Below are positions 62,288-64,000 of a stretch of DNA of 64,000 nt, piece after piece (positions within the stretch are counted from its first letter, which is position 1; the number at the start of each line of letters is the position of its first letter). The notes below the pieces were generated by a model that saw only the letters and a program-made list of their open reading frames with translations, was not told the origin of the DNA and did not search any database. The stretch is from Candidatus Cloacimonadales bacterium (GTDB taxonomy: Bacteria; Cloacimonadota; Cloacimonadia; Cloacimonadales; JAFGVF01), in NCBI GenBank assembly GCA_963662585.1, contig OY759729.1, positions 2,752,001 to 2,816,000 of the forward strand. The letters are read 5' to 3'. Both the position numbers and the translations under genes were made by a program.

Positions 62288-62680
62288 ATGAAAGAGATTA
62301 AAAAGAAAGAGTTTGTGAGTGATTGGAGTGTGTATCCAAACTTCCAGGAATGGGAGTTTGCTTGTCCATCATCTGGTAAAGTTTATATGCAAAAGCGATT
62401 TATGGATAAGCTTCAGAGGGCAAGAACAATAGCAGGAGTTAGTTTTCATATTTCAAGTGGTTATCGAGATGAAGCTTATAATGATTCTTTGCCTAACAGT
62501 GTGCCAAATTCAGCTCATATATACGGTTTAGCCTGTGATATATGGTTTGATTCGATGTTAGACAGATTAAGGGCATTTGATGCTTTTAGAGAGGTAGGAA
62601 TCAAGAGAATAGGTATTTCTAAGGGTTTTATGCATGTGGATGTAGATGAGAGTAAGCCTGAAGGGATTTGGGGATACTAG
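62288..62680 (+). CDS. Peptidase M15A family (putative endolysin)
   Basis: EFACP, ISSGYR..YN, SAHIYGLACDI, GFMHVD. Confidence 0.85.
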   Translation: MKEIKKKEFVSDWSVYPNFQEWEFACPSSGKVYMQKRFMDKLQRARTIAGVSFHISSGYRDEAYNDSLPNSVPNSAHIYGLACDIWFDSMLDRLRAFDAFREVGIKRIGISKGFMHVDVDESKPEGIWGY

Positions 62681-62817
62681 GGGAAGTGAAAAGATAAAAA
62701 TGAAAAGTGAAAAATTTAAGACTTTTACACGAATTAGCTCGAATAAAGACGAATTAACACGAATTAAGAGAAGAAAAAAAAGTTTTTTGAATCAGAGTTT
62801 CAGGAGAAATACAAAAC

Positions 62818-63270
62818 ATGATTTTACCAGTAGCTGTTAGTACCGTAATAAAAGTTCTAAATCTACCAAATGATGCTAAGATCACTTCTGTGTTTGATGA
62901 GCATGAAGATAGAGTAATGACACTCCTAGAAAGGTTTTCAGACCCTTTAGCTTGGGAGGACTTATTAAATGAAAGTGTTGATAAAAATCAACAAAACTCA
63001 TATAAGTTTGCCTACTGTTATTTACTCTTAGCGTACACTATTCAATTTCTTAATCTTAAAACTCTTGGAGAAGGTATTATTAAGACTACAGGTTTTGATA
63101 GTAATTCTACTGAGTTATTAACTGGAGCTGAGATTGCTTCCTGGCAGAAGAGATTGGAAATAGATGCTTTAGAGATGATTAAAGAATATTTGAGTGAGAG
63201 TGGTTATGCCAGGTATAGAGAGTTGAAAATGGGAGTTAGAGCAGTGGGAGTTAAGGCATGCATTATATAA
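62818..63270 (+). CDS. Phage protein (possible head-tail connector)
   Basis: AGGAG RBS; size and position in the late region; function inferred from position only. Confidence 0.45.
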   Translation: MILPVAVSTVIKVLNLPNDAKITSVFDEHEDRVMTLLERFSDPLAWEDLLNESVDKNQQNSYKFAYCYLLLAYTIQFLNLKTLGEGIIKTTGFDSNSTELLTGAEIASWQKRLEIDALEMIKEYLSESGYARYRELKMGVRAVGVKACII

Positions 63271-63398
63271 TTAAAAATGAAAAGTTAAAAGTGAAAAATG
63301 AAAAGACCACCCCGTCAGTGAAATACACTGCCACCCCTCCACAGAGGGGAATAAGAGTGCCAGCAGGATGCTAGCGTTCCCAGTGATAGGAGTTCAGG

Positions 63399-63863
63399 AT
63401 GATAGAAGAGAAGATTAGCAAAGAAGTACTAAGAGCTATTTTAAAGGCATTAGAGCAGAAGTTTAATCTGATTGGTTCTATTGTGGAAGGTGAAGCTAGA
63501 GAGAAGATACTTCAGGATGATATCAAGGATAAAGGTGATTTCTATCAAAATGCAGGCTATGAGGTGGTTATTGGTAATGATGCTATCACCCTCTATGTAG
63601 GTTCTAATGTTCCACATGAACAATATGTTTTAGGTGGTAAGGTGCCTTCCTGGACTCCCATTGCTCCTTTGAAAGGCTGGGTTGAAAGAAAGAAGTTAGC
63701 CTGGGTTGATAAGAAAGGTAAGCCACTCTCAATTACTCAGATGGCATACATGATTCAAGCTAAGATTAAGAGAGAAGGAATTGAAGAAAGAAATGTCTTT
63801 GCTGAGGTTCTGAAGAAGAAAGAGAGTTGGATTTATCAGCAGTTGGATGAGATTATAATATAA
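63399..63863 (+). CDS. Phage virion morphogenesis / HK97 gp10-like protein
   Basis: VGSNVPHEQYV, PLKGWVERK, IKREGI pattern. Confidence 0.5.
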   Translation: MIEEKISKEVLRAILKALEQKFNLIGSIVEGEAREKILQDDIKDKGDFYQNAGYEVVIGNDAITLYVGSNVPHEQYVLGGKVPSWTPIAPLKGWVERKKLAWVDKKGKPLSITQMAYMIQAKIKREGIEERNVFAEVLKKKESWIYQQLDEIII

Positions 63864-63913
63864 TTGAGAATAGAGAATTGAGAGTTGAGAATTCTGGGGA
63901 ATGAGGAGAATAA

Positions 63914-64000
63914 ATGGATTTTAGGAAGTTAAGAGAAGAGGTTGTAGTTACTTTAAATGCCATTGGTATTAGTTTGGCTGATATTCACTTAGATAAGGAT
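63914..64000 (+). CDS. Phage protein (partial, runs off window end)
   Basis: GAGGAG RBS then MDFRKLREEVVVTLNAIGISLADIHLDKD, open to the end. Confidence 0.5.
   Translation, partial: MDFRKLREEVVVTLNAIGISLADIHLDKD

Larger units (their letters stand above)
45047..64000 (+). mobile_element. Mu-like transposable prophage (left part)
   Basis: Repressor with divergent early operon containing DDE transposase, AAA ATPase, DUF3164 and GemA-like genes, then terminase and MuF. Left end inferred at the TG at 45047. Confidence 0.85.

Overview
AT-rich bacterial chromosome window from a Gram-negative-type organism (TamAB, porin, lipoproteins; possibly Cloacimonadota-like, which is inference only). 1-24 kb is mostly housekeeping and envelope genes: msrAB, rloAB-like pair, terB-like, tamB/tamA/corA, sbcCD, a TPR-sigma54 activator and a porin, interspersed with REP-like palindrome mosaics and an IS1182 inserted in a REP array. 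25-45 kb is an accessory/defence-like region: DUF2828 vWA protein, partial type I R-M, Y1 transposases, YhcG, toxin-antitoxin remnants, AlbA-ATPase and AEP-helicase, with many pseudogenes. From about 45047 to the window end is a Mu-like transposable prophage that appears to have inserted into the 5' end of the AEP-helicase gene. It carries a reverse-strand PIN + UvrD cargo cassette and many host REP elements. The standout is an array of four covarying stem-loop RNA units (25166-25703) with a constant scaffold and variable loops, directly upstream of and co-oriented with the DUF2828/vWA (Ro60/TROVE-like) gene. This is a candidate undescribed ncRNA-array/RNP system. All family assignments are from visual motif recognition; no database searches were run.
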